This document shows positions 9,856-18,055 of a DNA stretch of 48,862 nucleotides, in pieces. The number at the start of each line of letters is the position of its first letter. Position 1 is the stretch's first letter. A program made the translations under genes and the position numbers. The notes below the pieces were generated by a model. The model was not told the origin of the DNA. It saw only the letters and a program-made list of their open reading frames with translations, and searched no databases. The stretch is from an uncultured Saprospiraceae bacterium (GTDB taxonomy: Bacteria; Bacteroidota; Bacteroidia; Chitinophagales; Saprospiraceae): positions 1-48,862 of the forward strand of contig CAKUWM010000001.1 of assembly GCA_934699305.1 (NCBI GenBank). The letters are read 5' to 3'.

Positions 9856-10578
9856 TTGACGAAGGAAAAAGAAAAAAAAGTCAAGAAAAAAGAACATTCT
9901 CCCTTTCCGGAGTCATCGGATTTTTTCACCGCGATATCTGTGGACTGTGTAATCTTTGGGTTAGACCAAGATTCACTCAAAGTATTGCTCATAAAGAGTG
10001 ATTACCCATTATATCATGGTAAATGGTCCCTTTTGGGTGATTTGATATCACAAAATGAAGATATTGATGAGGCTGCCGATCGTGTTTTATACGAACGTAC
10101 AGGGCTGAAAGAATTATTTTTAGAACAGGTTCATTGCTTTGGCAAAGCCGACCGACATCCTTCCGGAAGAGTTATCTCCATAGCTTATTACACTTTGGTC
10201 AATATCGAACAGATACAGCTACTCAAACAAGACCACGAGCTCCATTGGCATGATATACATACAATCGGAAAGCTAGCTTTTGACCATAATAAAATTCTGG
10301 AAATCTGCCTAAAGCGCCTTCAACAGCAAGTTAAAACAGAAACCATCGGATTTAACCTCCTGCCTGAAAAATTTTCATTAAGATCATTACAGTTTTTATA
10401 CGAATCCGTATTAATGGTAGAACTGGATCGCAGGAACTTTCGGAAAAAAGTAATGAGTACAGGACTGTTGATTGATTTAAAAGAATTAGAAAGTAATGTA
10501 AGACACCGCCCTGCCAAGTTATTTAAATTTAACCGCTCCAAATACGACTCGTCGGAAATTAAAAGCAATTTCATTTGA
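9856..10578 (+). CDS. NrtR-family protein: Nudix-like domain plus C-terminal winged-helix domain, probably a transcriptional regulator
   Basis: The Nudix fold region is VDCVIFGLD...GKWSLLGDLISQNEDIDEAADRVLYERTGL, with a degenerate Nudix box (RVLYER in place of REUXEE). The C-terminal region LPEKFSLRSLQFLYESVLMVELDRRNFRKKV is typical of the NrtR wHTH. The only in-frame ATG (9793) overlaps gap by 61 nt, so I prefer the TTG at 9856, 3 nt after the gap stop. The start is uncertain. Confidence 0.7.
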   Translation: MTKEKEKKVKKKEHSPFPESSDFFTAISVDCVIFGLDQDSLKVLLIKSDYPLYHGKWSLLGDLISQNEDIDEAADRVLYERTGLKELFLEQVHCFGKADRHPSGRVISIAYYTLVNIEQIQLLKQDHELHWHDIHTIGKLAFDHNKILEICLKRLQQQVKTETIGFNLLPEKFSLRSLQFLYESVLMVELDRRNFRKKVMSTGLLIDLKELESNVRHRPAKLFKFNRSKYDSSEIKSNFI

Positions 10579-10697
10579 ATTTGCCGTTAAATTATTGTTA
10601 AAGATATTTCATTTCGGTAACTGAGAAGCCCTATTCAACGTTAATGTCTGAAACTATTTATTTAATAAAGCTTTTTAAAAGAACTCAATTAAGCACT

Positions 10698-11861
10698 ATG
10701 AAGCAATTTCTTTCTTTGTTGTTTGCCGGAATTATAGGAGGCATAGCGACAATTGGTGGATTAAAGTATTACGAGACAAACAATATTGCTCCTGCCTCTA
10801 CAACGGTGGCGACACAAAGCGCGCAAGCACATCCGGTAAATTATGCTCCGGTGAATGTACCTTTTGACTTTACCGAAGCCGCCAGCCGATCATTGGATGC
10901 AGTAGTCCACATTAAAGCTGCCGAAAGCAATGAAAGCGCCTATCGTCGTCAATTACAACAACAACGGTCTGATCCCTTTTCGTTTTTCTTTGGACAAAGA
11001 GGTCCTGCTCAGGGTTCGGGGTCTGGAGTCATCATATCTCAAGATGGTTATATTGTGACCAACAATCACGTAGTTGACTTTGCAGACCAATTGGAAGTAA
11101 CATTACATGATGGCCGTGTCTTTGATGCTGTCAAAGTAGGTACATATCCCAATGCTGATATCGCCGTTATAAAAATTAAAGCCGATGATCTTAAGCCCAT
11201 AAAATATGGCAATTCAGATGATGTGAAAGTAGGCGAATGGGCACTTGCTGTAGGCAATCCATTTGACTTGACATCAACTGTGACTGCGGGTATAATCTCT
11301 GCCAAAGGTCGATCTATAGATGTCATTCACACCAAAGATGCGGTCGAAAACTTTATCCAAACAGATGCAGCAGTCAATCCGGGCAACAGCGGAGGAGCAC
11401 TGGTAGATGTCAATGGCAACCTGATAGGGATTAATACTGCAATAGCAACACCAACAGGAACCTATGCCGGTTATGCATTTGCTATTCCTGTTAATCAGAT
11501 TATACCTATTGTCGAAAACATCATTAAAAACAATGGAAATTACAGCGGACCTAACTTAGGTGCCAAAGCAACATTGGGCGTAACTGTAGCCAATGTAAAA
11601 GACCTGACCAATGACCAAAAATCAGAAAATGGTATCAATGCCAATAGTGGTGTTCTTTTGTTGGAATTACAAAATGGAGGTTCAGCTCAATATTCCGGGC
11701 TTTTACCAAACGATGTGATTATCAAAGTAAATAGCTCCATCGTCAACACAATAGACGACTTAAAAGGCATAATGGGCAAATTAAAACCCGATGAAACCAT
11801 AACCGTTTCATTTAAAAGAGGAGATCAGGTAAAACAATTGAGCGTTAAATTACGTTCTTAA
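10698..11861 (+). CDS. htrA: HtrA/DegP-family periplasmic serine endopeptidase (trypsin-like domain plus PDZ)
   Basis: Motifs are SGVIISQDGYIVTNNHVV (His), DIAVIKI (Asp) and TDAAVNPGNSGGALVD (Ser). A C-terminal PDZ-like segment reads GVLLLELQNGGSAQYSGLLPNDVIIKVN. I place the start at MKQFLSLLFAGIIGG (10698); an alternative ATG is at 10644. Confidence 0.9.
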   Translation: MKQFLSLLFAGIIGGIATIGGLKYYETNNIAPASTTVATQSAQAHPVNYAPVNVPFDFTEAASRSLDAVVHIKAAESNESAYRRQLQQQRSDPFSFFFGQRGPAQGSGSGVIISQDGYIVTNNHVVDFADQLEVTLHDGRVFDAVKVGTYPNADIAVIKIKADDLKPIKYGNSDDVKVGEWALAVGNPFDLTSTVTAGIISAKGRSIDVIHTKDAVENFIQTDAAVNPGNSGGALVDVNGNLIGINTAIATPTGTYAGYAFAIPVNQIIPIVENIIKNNGNYSGPNLGAKATLGVTVANVKDLTNDQKSENGINANSGVLLLELQNGGSAQYSGLLPNDVIIKVNSSIVNTIDDLKGIMGKLKPDETITVSFKRGDQVKQLSVKLRS

Positions 11862-11920
11862 TAAAAGATATACCTTAAGAAATTTTATAAAATAAGTTTT
11901 CGTTTTGTTTTTGATCTGAG

Positions 11921-11953
11921 CTGCCTGTTACGATTGTGACAGGCAGTTTTTTT
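11921..11953 (+). terminator. Rho-independent terminator after htrA
   Basis: The stem is CTGCCTGT (11921-11928) paired with ACAGGCAG (11939-11946), followed by T7 (11947-11953). Confidence 0.7.
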
Positions 11954-11967
11954 CTGTAGTAGCTTTG

Positions 11968-12064
11968 TATTTCTTAAAGAAACTATTGTACCTTTAATAT
12001 AAATTCGGGATAAAAAGTATCAGCGGTATTACGATTGTAAAACAATAAAATAGTTTGGTCTATT
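11968..12064. repeat. Bipartite intergenic repeat, copy A (module 1 then module 2, collinear)
   Basis: Module 1 (11968-12017) begins with a 25-nt run, TATTTCTTAAAGAAACTATTGTACC, that is identical to 38444-38468. Module 2 (12017-12064) matches the reverse complement of 38328-38375 at 41 of 48 positions by my hand alignment. Confidence 0.75.
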
Positions 12065-12152
12065 CTATTGTTACAATTCATATAATATCTTCTTTCAAAA
12101 GTTAAATAAAGGGGTCCGGGCAATCGAATTTCTTACTCTGACATAAAATACG

Positions 12153-12160
12153 TATTTTTG
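12153..12160 (+). promoter_or_regulatory. Putative -7 promoter box (TAnnTTTG)
   Basis: TATTTTTG lies 20 nt upstream of the ATG at 12180. This is a motif match only. Confidence 0.3.
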
Positions 12161-12179
12161 TAAACTAAAATCCAAAGGA

Positions 12180-12710
12180 ATGACGTCAGAGCCAAAGGAA
12201 TATTTGCACAAGATGTATGTTGAAACGCTTCAGGCAAGCCGATTCCATACATTTAAGATTTTGAATACGCTCATCATCGCATTATTTGTACTGCTTTTTA
12301 TGAATGTGTTATTTACCACTCCTGACAAAAGTTACAGCTATATTTCGTTGATTGTTGCCGTGGTATCGGTATTATTTATGTTTTATCGCCTAACAAGGGA
12401 AAAAGCCGGAATGAAGTCTCTACCTGAAGATTTGAGCAATATTGATGGTGACATTATACGAGAACATATAGACCAAATCCGAAATAATCAAAAAAAATTG
12501 AGGTGGCAAATGGCTTTATTTACCATACCTTTTTTTATTTATTTTTTAATTGATTTAGTTGTCTCTTCTACACAAGTCGTGGATAAGAAGTTTCTTATTT
12601 TAAAAATAGCCTTTTTCTTTGTTCTCTTGACGCTGTATTATGTTCTTTTTTTCAAAATTAGAGCAACCAATTTCGAAAGTAAAAATCTCACAGAGTCATC
12701 CCAACAATGA
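12180..12710 (+). CDS. Hypothetical integral membrane protein
   Basis: 176-aa ORF with about four hydrophobic segments, for example LIIALFVLLFMNVLF, ISLIVAVVSVLFMF, ALFTIPFFIYFLIDLVV and IAFFFVLLTLYYVLFF. I recognise no family motif. Confidence 0.6.
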   Translation: MTSEPKEYLHKMYVETLQASRFHTFKILNTLIIALFVLLFMNVLFTTPDKSYSYISLIVAVVSVLFMFYRLTREKAGMKSLPEDLSNIDGDIIREHIDQIRNNQKKLRWQMALFTIPFFIYFLIDLVVSSTQVVDKKFLILKIAFFFVLLTLYYVLFFKIRATNFESKNLTESSQQ

Positions 12711-12754
12711 TAAAATATACGTTTACCTATCTTTAATCAATTAAATAACACAAG

Positions 12755-13789
12755 GTGCGCATTACTGTAATTTTTACCTTTCTCTCACTGTGTTTTACAC
12801 AATACGGATTCAATCAAAATCAATACAAAGTCATCAATGTGGGGTTTTATAATCTTGAAAACCTCTTTGATACTTTAGACACCCCCCGTAAATTAGACGA
12901 AGAGTTTACGCCAACCGGAAGTAGGCTTTACAATACTGCAGTATATACAGATAAGTTATTTAGATTATCGTCCACTTTATCCAAAATCGGGACGGACATT
13001 TCTCCGGAAGGCCTTGGTATCATAGGTGTCGCAGAGATTGAAAACAGGAAGGTCCTGGAAGATCTTGTGATTCAGCCTGCTTTAAAAGAGCGAAATATGG
13101 AAATTGTGCATTATGAGTCTGAAGATTTTCGAGGTATCGACGTTGCTTTGTTGTATCAACCCAAATACCTGACTGTAATAAACAGCCATCCTATACACGT
13201 ACCTATTCTCAATAGTTCAGGAGAAAAGATCTATACGCGTCAGACACTGTATGTTGCAGGGATAATGGATGGCGACACCGTACATATCCTCGTCAACCAC
13301 TGGCCTTCCCGCCGTGGGGGCTCTGCATCTGACCCTTTAAGGATCCAGGCAGGAGTCATCAATCGTACCATAAAAGATTCAATTCTAGCTGTATCTCCCA
13401 ATGCCAAAGTAATTGTAATGGGTGACCTAAATGATAATCCTACCGACAAATCTTTAACAGAGGGCTTGAAATCTGTCGGAAAGGAAAAAGGGATCAAAGC
13501 AGACGAAATGTTTAATCCTTTTGTACACTTTTACAAAAAAGGTATCGGCACTACAGCATATCAGGATGCGTGGAGTTTATTTGATCAGGTTATTATCTCA
13601 CCGGCATGGTTGGATAAGGATTCCAACAGTTATTATTACTACAAAGCAACCGTTTTTAACGAAAAATTCCTCACAGAAAAAACAGGCAAATACAAAGGTT
13701 ATCCGCTGCGTACATACTCAGGAGATACTTATAACTTTGGGTATAGTGACCATTTCCCTGTATTTGTAACTTTTTTAAAAAAAATATAA
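12755..13789 (+). CDS. Endonuclease/exonuclease/phosphatase (EEP) family protein, secreted
   Basis: The signal peptide is MRITVIFTFLSLCFTQ, with a GTG start. EEP landmarks are VGFYNLENLFD near the N-terminus, VMGDLND, and YSDHFPVFV at the C-terminus. Confidence 0.85.
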   Translation: MRITVIFTFLSLCFTQYGFNQNQYKVINVGFYNLENLFDTLDTPRKLDEEFTPTGSRLYNTAVYTDKLFRLSSTLSKIGTDISPEGLGIIGVAEIENRKVLEDLVIQPALKERNMEIVHYESEDFRGIDVALLYQPKYLTVINSHPIHVPILNSSGEKIYTRQTLYVAGIMDGDTVHILVNHWPSRRGGSASDPLRIQAGVINRTIKDSILAVSPNAKVIVMGDLNDNPTDKSLTEGLKSVGKEKGIKADEMFNPFVHFYKKGIGTTAYQDAWSLFDQVIISPAWLDKDSNSYYYYKATVFNEKFLTEKTGKYKGYPLRTYSGDTYNFGYSDHFPVFVTFLKKI

Positions 13790-13809
13790 CGCCTTTCTAA
13801 GGTACTATA

Positions 13810-14382
13810 ATGGTATTAACAATTATTTCGGGCAGTCCATCAAAAACGAGTGTTTCCATACGCATAGCCTTTTATCTTCGAAAATATTTACAAAATATGA
13901 TCCCGGATGCTGAGGTGAACGTATTGGATTGCAGGGAATATGAAGTACCGCTTGATGATGCTACATATAAAAGTATCGAATCAACCCCAGCCCCTCTTCA
14001 ACCACTGGCAAAGCTCTTTTTCAAAACAAATGGCTTTATATTGCTGACACCCGAATACAATGGCAGCTATACACCTTCCTTAAAAAATCTTCTTAATCAC
14101 TTCCCAAAACTAAGCCATAAAGCATGTGGCATTGTTACAGCCTCCGATGGTGCCTTGGGAGGAATGAGGGCAGCACAACAAATGCAACAACTGATAGCAG
14201 CCCATTTTGGGATTATCTCACCTTATATGTTGATTGTACCACATGTAAATACTAAGTTTGACGAAGAGGCAAACCTCATCGACCCAAAATTAGCCAATCA
14301 ATTAGAACGGTTTTCAGAAGAATTCATCTGGCTGTTCAAAGCATTGTGCCAGGCACAGGAAATTGTTAAACAGAATAATTGA
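13810..14382 (+). CDS. NAD(P)H-dependent FMN reductase family oxidoreductase (flavodoxin-like fold)
   Basis: Motifs are ISGSPSKTSVS near the N-terminus and LLTPEYNGSYTPSLKNLLNH, as seen in NADPH-dependent FMN reductases. Confidence 0.8.
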   Translation: MVLTIISGSPSKTSVSIRIAFYLRKYLQNMIPDAEVNVLDCREYEVPLDDATYKSIESTPAPLQPLAKLFFKTNGFILLTPEYNGSYTPSLKNLLNHFPKLSHKACGIVTASDGALGGMRAAQQMQQLIAAHFGIISPYMLIVPHVNTKFDEEANLIDPKLANQLERFSEEFIWLFKALCQAQEIVKQNN

Positions 14383-14395
14383 ATGTTATTGTAAC

Positions 14396-15616
14396 ATGAA
14401 GATAGGAATACTAAGAGAAGGGAAAATACCTCATGATGATAGAGTCGCACTCACTCCGGCACAATGTAAATTATTGTCAGGCAATCCACACAACTTTGAA
14501 ATAACTGTTCAGCCATCACCTTTACGCAGCTTTACTGATGAGGAATATATAGCTGCCCATATCCCGGTACTTGAGGATATTAGCCATTGTGATATTATCT
14601 TAGGCGTTAAAGAGGTGCCCATTAAAGATTTGATAGAAGGAAAGACTTATTTCTTCTTTTCACACACCATCAAGAAACAAGCGCACAATCGGAAGTTGCT
14701 TCGTGCTATTTTGGATAAAAACATTACCATGATTGACTATGAGACCATAGAAGATGTTCATGGAAGGAGGCTTATAGCGTTTGGCAAATACGCCGGTATC
14801 GTGGGTGCGCACAATGGAATCTGGACTTACGGCAAAAGAAAGGGTTTATTTGATTGGCCTCGGTTAAAGGATTTACACGATTACGAACAAGCACGAAAAG
14901 TTTATGCCAATACCGTCTTACCGCAAATGAGGATTGTAGTGACTGGCAGTGGGCGTGTTGCCGGTGGCGCAATATCAGCATTGACAGAAATGAATATTAA
15001 AGAAATAACGGTCGAGGAATATTTGCTAAATAAAGAATACAATTATCCTGTATTTGTGCATCTTTCATCTAAAGACTATGTGCGTCATAAAGATGGTCAC
15101 TCTTTTGAAAAATCCGATTTTTATGAAAATCCACAAAATTATGAGTCCACCTTTAGTCCTTTTCTTGCCATAACGGATATTTTTCTGAATTGCATCTTTT
15201 GGGATATAAATGCACCCGCTTTCTTTCAATTGGAAGATCTATCAAAAGACAGCTTTCATATTTCAGTAATAGCTGATGTTACTTGTGATATTGCTCCTGC
15301 TTCATCCATACCTACAACGATTAAAGCGAGTACTATAGATAATCCGGTTTTTGGTATAAATCGGAAGGATTACAGAGAAACGGCTGCATTTCAGCCTGAA
15401 AGTATTGATATCATGTCCATTGATAACCTTCCCAATGAGTTGCCTCGAGATGCATCCCGTTATTTTGGCGATACCTTTGTTAGGGTGATAGTTCCTGAGC
15501 TGGAAGCCGATCAATCTGATATTTTAGATCGAGCAACAATTGCTAAAAATGGGAAACTTACACAACATTTTAGGTATTTAGAAGACTATGTAAATGGCAA
15601 CGTTTTTACAGAATAA
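14396..15616 (+). CDS. Saccharopine dehydrogenase (L-lysine-forming) / lysine-ketoglutarate reductase-like enzyme, AlaDH/PNT fold
   Basis: KTYFFFSHTIKKQAHNRKLLRAILDKNITMIDYETIEDVHGRRLIAFGKYAGIVG and SIDNLPNELPRDASRYFGD closely parallel the LKR domain of animal AASS as I remember it. I place the start at MKIGILREGK (14396); the track start at 14363 overlaps the upstream gene. Confidence 0.8.
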   Translation: MKIGILREGKIPHDDRVALTPAQCKLLSGNPHNFEITVQPSPLRSFTDEEYIAAHIPVLEDISHCDIILGVKEVPIKDLIEGKTYFFFSHTIKKQAHNRKLLRAILDKNITMIDYETIEDVHGRRLIAFGKYAGIVGAHNGIWTYGKRKGLFDWPRLKDLHDYEQARKVYANTVLPQMRIVVTGSGRVAGGAISALTEMNIKEITVEEYLLNKEYNYPVFVHLSSKDYVRHKDGHSFEKSDFYENPQNYESTFSPFLAITDIFLNCIFWDINAPAFFQLEDLSKDSFHISVIADVTCDIAPASSIPTTIKASTIDNPVFGINRKDYRETAAFQPESIDIMSIDNLPNELPRDASRYFGDTFVRVIVPELEADQSDILDRATIAKNGKLTQHFRYLEDYVNGNVFTE

Positions 15617-15669
15617 GAAGTCTAATAGTATTTGAGACAATATGCCCTTTCATTTAATTTAATCCTACT

Positions 15670-16689
15670 ATGATCAACCTTATCAGCGATACCATTACAC
15701 AACCGGATCGACCCATGCTCGAAGCCATGTTTTCAGCGGTTGTGGGTGATGATGTATTTGGCTCAGACCCCACCGTCAACCGTTTAGAGGAGAAAGTGGC
15801 TGACTTGTTTGGCAAGGAGTCCGCATTATTTTGTCCATCAGGCACCATGACCAATCAAATAGCTATCAAAGTACATACTCGTCCAATGGATGAAATGATA
15901 TGTGATCAATGGTCACATGTCTTTCTATATGAAATCGGTGGTTATGCCTTCCATAGTGGCATCGCTGTTCAACCGATACAAGGGCAGTATGGTAAAATTA
16001 CAGTATCGCAAATAGTAGATGAGATAAAATCTCCGGATGATTGGCTGCCTCGTACCAAGCTCGTTCTTTTAGAAAACACCACCAATAAGGGCGGTGGCAA
16101 TTATTATACTTTAGACGAGATAAACACTATTTCACAACTATGCCAATCGAAAGGATTATCCCTACATCTTGACGGGGCACGGATTTTTAATGCCTTGGTC
16201 GAAACCGGTGATTCTCCCGCCTCTGTCGGAGCTTTATTTGATTCCATTTCGGTATGCCTGTCCAAAGGATTGGGCTCACCGGTTGGCTCTGTCCTGATTG
16301 GCAATCGCGACTTTATCAAAGAGGCAAGAAGAGTCCGCAAAGTAATGGGAGGTGGAATGAGACAGGCAGGATATCTCGCCGCTGCCGGTATATACGCACT
16401 CGACCATAACATTCCCCAACTTAAAGTTGACAATACCAGGGCTAAAGCTGTAGGTCAACTATTAAGCGCTGAAGCGTATGTTGCCAATATATTCCCGGTC
16501 AAAACCAATATAATCATCTTTGAATTGGAGGAAAGGATACTTGCAAGCCACTATGTTGACTTGTTGAAAAAAAATGGAATTGTTGCTTCAGCCTTTGGAA
16601 AACACATGGTTCGCCTGGTATTCCACCGGGATATAACTGAGCAACAATATATTCAAGTAAAATCTATCCTTACAGAGATCAAGGTGTAA
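15670..16689 (+). CDS. ltaE: Low-specificity L-threonine aldolase (PLP-dependent)
   Basis: The N-terminal pattern LISDTITQP...AVVGDDVFGSDPTVNRLEEKVADLFGKESALFCPSGTMTNQIAI is typical of threonine aldolases, as is the lysine context CLSKGLGSPVGS. Confidence 0.88.
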   Translation: MINLISDTITQPDRPMLEAMFSAVVGDDVFGSDPTVNRLEEKVADLFGKESALFCPSGTMTNQIAIKVHTRPMDEMICDQWSHVFLYEIGGYAFHSGIAVQPIQGQYGKITVSQIVDEIKSPDDWLPRTKLVLLENTTNKGGGNYYTLDEINTISQLCQSKGLSLHLDGARIFNALVETGDSPASVGALFDSISVCLSKGLGSPVGSVLIGNRDFIKEARRVRKVMGGGMRQAGYLAAAGIYALDHNIPQLKVDNTRAKAVGQLLSAEAYVANIFPVKTNIIIFELEERILASHYVDLLKKNGIVASAFGKHMVRLVFHRDITEQQYIQVKSILTEIKV

Positions 16690-17335
16690 CAATCTTTCCA
16701 CCTGCCATTTCAATAATTCTATCACATCGTTCGGCAAGAAGGGGATTATGCGTTACTAAGATAAAAGTAAGCTCGAGTTCGGATCTAAATTTTAAAATCA
16801 GTTCGTGCAGTTCTTCCGCCGACTTTTCATCAAGGTTGCCCGTGGGTTCATCAGCTAAGATAAGTTTGGGATGGTTGATAAGAGCGCGTGCAAATGCGAC
16901 TCTTTGTTGTTCTCCTCCTGACAATTCTTTTGGCTTATGATTCAGCCTATGTGATAGTCCAAGATATGCCAATAGTTCTTTTGCCCGAGCTTCTGCTACA
17001 GCCTTTTCAACATTTTTAATATAAGCCGGAATACACACATTTTCGAGAGCTGTAAATTCAGGAAGAAGGTGGTGGAATTGGAATATAAAACCAAGTGACT
17101 TATTTCGAAATTCAGAGACCTTATTATTAGAAAACTTGTTGAGATCATTTCCTTCAAATAATATGCTGCCTTTATCCGGCTTTTCAAGAGTCCCGGCGAT
17201 ATGGAGTAGTGTGCTTTTTCCGGCACCGCTTTTGCCAATGATAGCTACTACTTCACCTTTCTGTACCTCAAAGGAAACATCTGAAAGGACGTTAACTTCA
17301 CCGAAAGACTTGAAAATATTTTTAGCTTCAATCAT
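16679..17335 (-). CDS. ABC transporter ATP-binding protein, LolD/MacB-like
   Basis: Walker A is GKSGAGKST, the ABC signature is LSGGEQQRVAFARAL and Walker B is LILADEPTGNLD. I place the start at the ATG at 17335 (MIEAKNIFKSFG); the track start at 17347 is a TTG. Confidence 0.85.
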   Translation of the reverse strand: MIEAKNIFKSFGEVNVLSDVSFEVQKGEVVAIIGKSGAGKSTLLHIAGTLEKPDKGSILFEGNDLNKFSNNKVSEFRNKSLGFIFQFHHLLPEFTALENVCIPAYIKNVEKAVAEARAKELLAYLGLSHRLNHKPKELSGGEQQRVAFARALINHPKLILADEPTGNLDEKSAEELHELILKFRSELELTFILVTHNPLLAERCDRIIEMAGGKIVTP

Positions 17336-17347
17336 GTTCTTAATCAA

Positions 17348-17821
17348 TTACTCGCGATGATAGTCCTGGTCTTCCGCCGGAGGAGTATCAACCTCCGGTT
17401 TAGTCTCTTTAGAAACAAGTTGTCCCAAATCATCGAAAATCAATGTGTCATCACCCACACCGATCACATATTTAACTAATTTTTGAGCATCTTTAGTCTT
17501 GAAGGCGGCAGAGATTACGTCATCCGGATAGTTCCGTCGTACATAATGCCCTATGCTAAATAGTAAGTCTCTTTCCGGGATGGCGACTCCGGACTCAACA
17601 AACTTTCCTTTCTCCGTAAACAAAGCAAATCCCGGTTTCCCTTCAAATTCAAACTCGGCACTATATAAAGAATCCATGCCCATCCAATTAACCTTTCTGG
17701 TACTCTTAAACTGCTTGTCGAGGGCGCGTACAACTTTTTCAGGAACCTCTTTTTCCTTCAATTTTTGCCCGATCAATGATGTGCACAATAAGAAACTACA
17801 TATTAAACAAAGAAATCTCAT
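17348..17821 (-). CDS. Secreted protein with two PepSY-like repeats (putative)
   Basis: The signal peptide is MRFLCLICSFLLCTSLIGQ. Two halves resemble each other: VPEKVVRALDKQF...YSAEFEFEGKPGFALFTEKGKFVESG and YVRRNYPDDVISAAF...YVIGVGDDTLIFDDLGQLV. The stop codon abuts the ABC ATPase gene. Confidence 0.5.
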   Translation of the reverse strand: MRFLCLICSFLLCTSLIGQKLKEKEVPEKVVRALDKQFKSTRKVNWMGMDSLYSAEFEFEGKPGFALFTEKGKFVESGVAIPERDLLFSIGHYVRRNYPDDVISAAFKTKDAQKLVKYVIGVGDDTLIFDDLGQLVSKETKPEVDTPPAEDQDYHRE

Positions 17822-18055
17822 ATTCAATTTTATGATTAACGTCAAGAGGTAAATATTTTAAAACTCCAAATGTTTGCCCTTTTTATTGTTCTACAAAAGT
17901 AAAACGTCCCAAAAATAGCACTATTGTATCAGGGAAAAAAATGAGGAACAAAAAAATACTATAATTCAAAACCTGTATTTAATATACATCAAGTAGAGCG
18001 ACCTATATCAGAATCGCTCCACTTGACTTCAATTTCCCTTCAATCTATCTTTTCT

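Noticed and set aside
12105-12125. The GGGGTCCGGGC string, reminiscent of the RNase P RNA GAAAGUCCGGGC core.
   Set aside because: The whole spacer is only about 225 nt. The flanking sequence shows none of the other conserved RNase P helices, and the match is short and imperfect.
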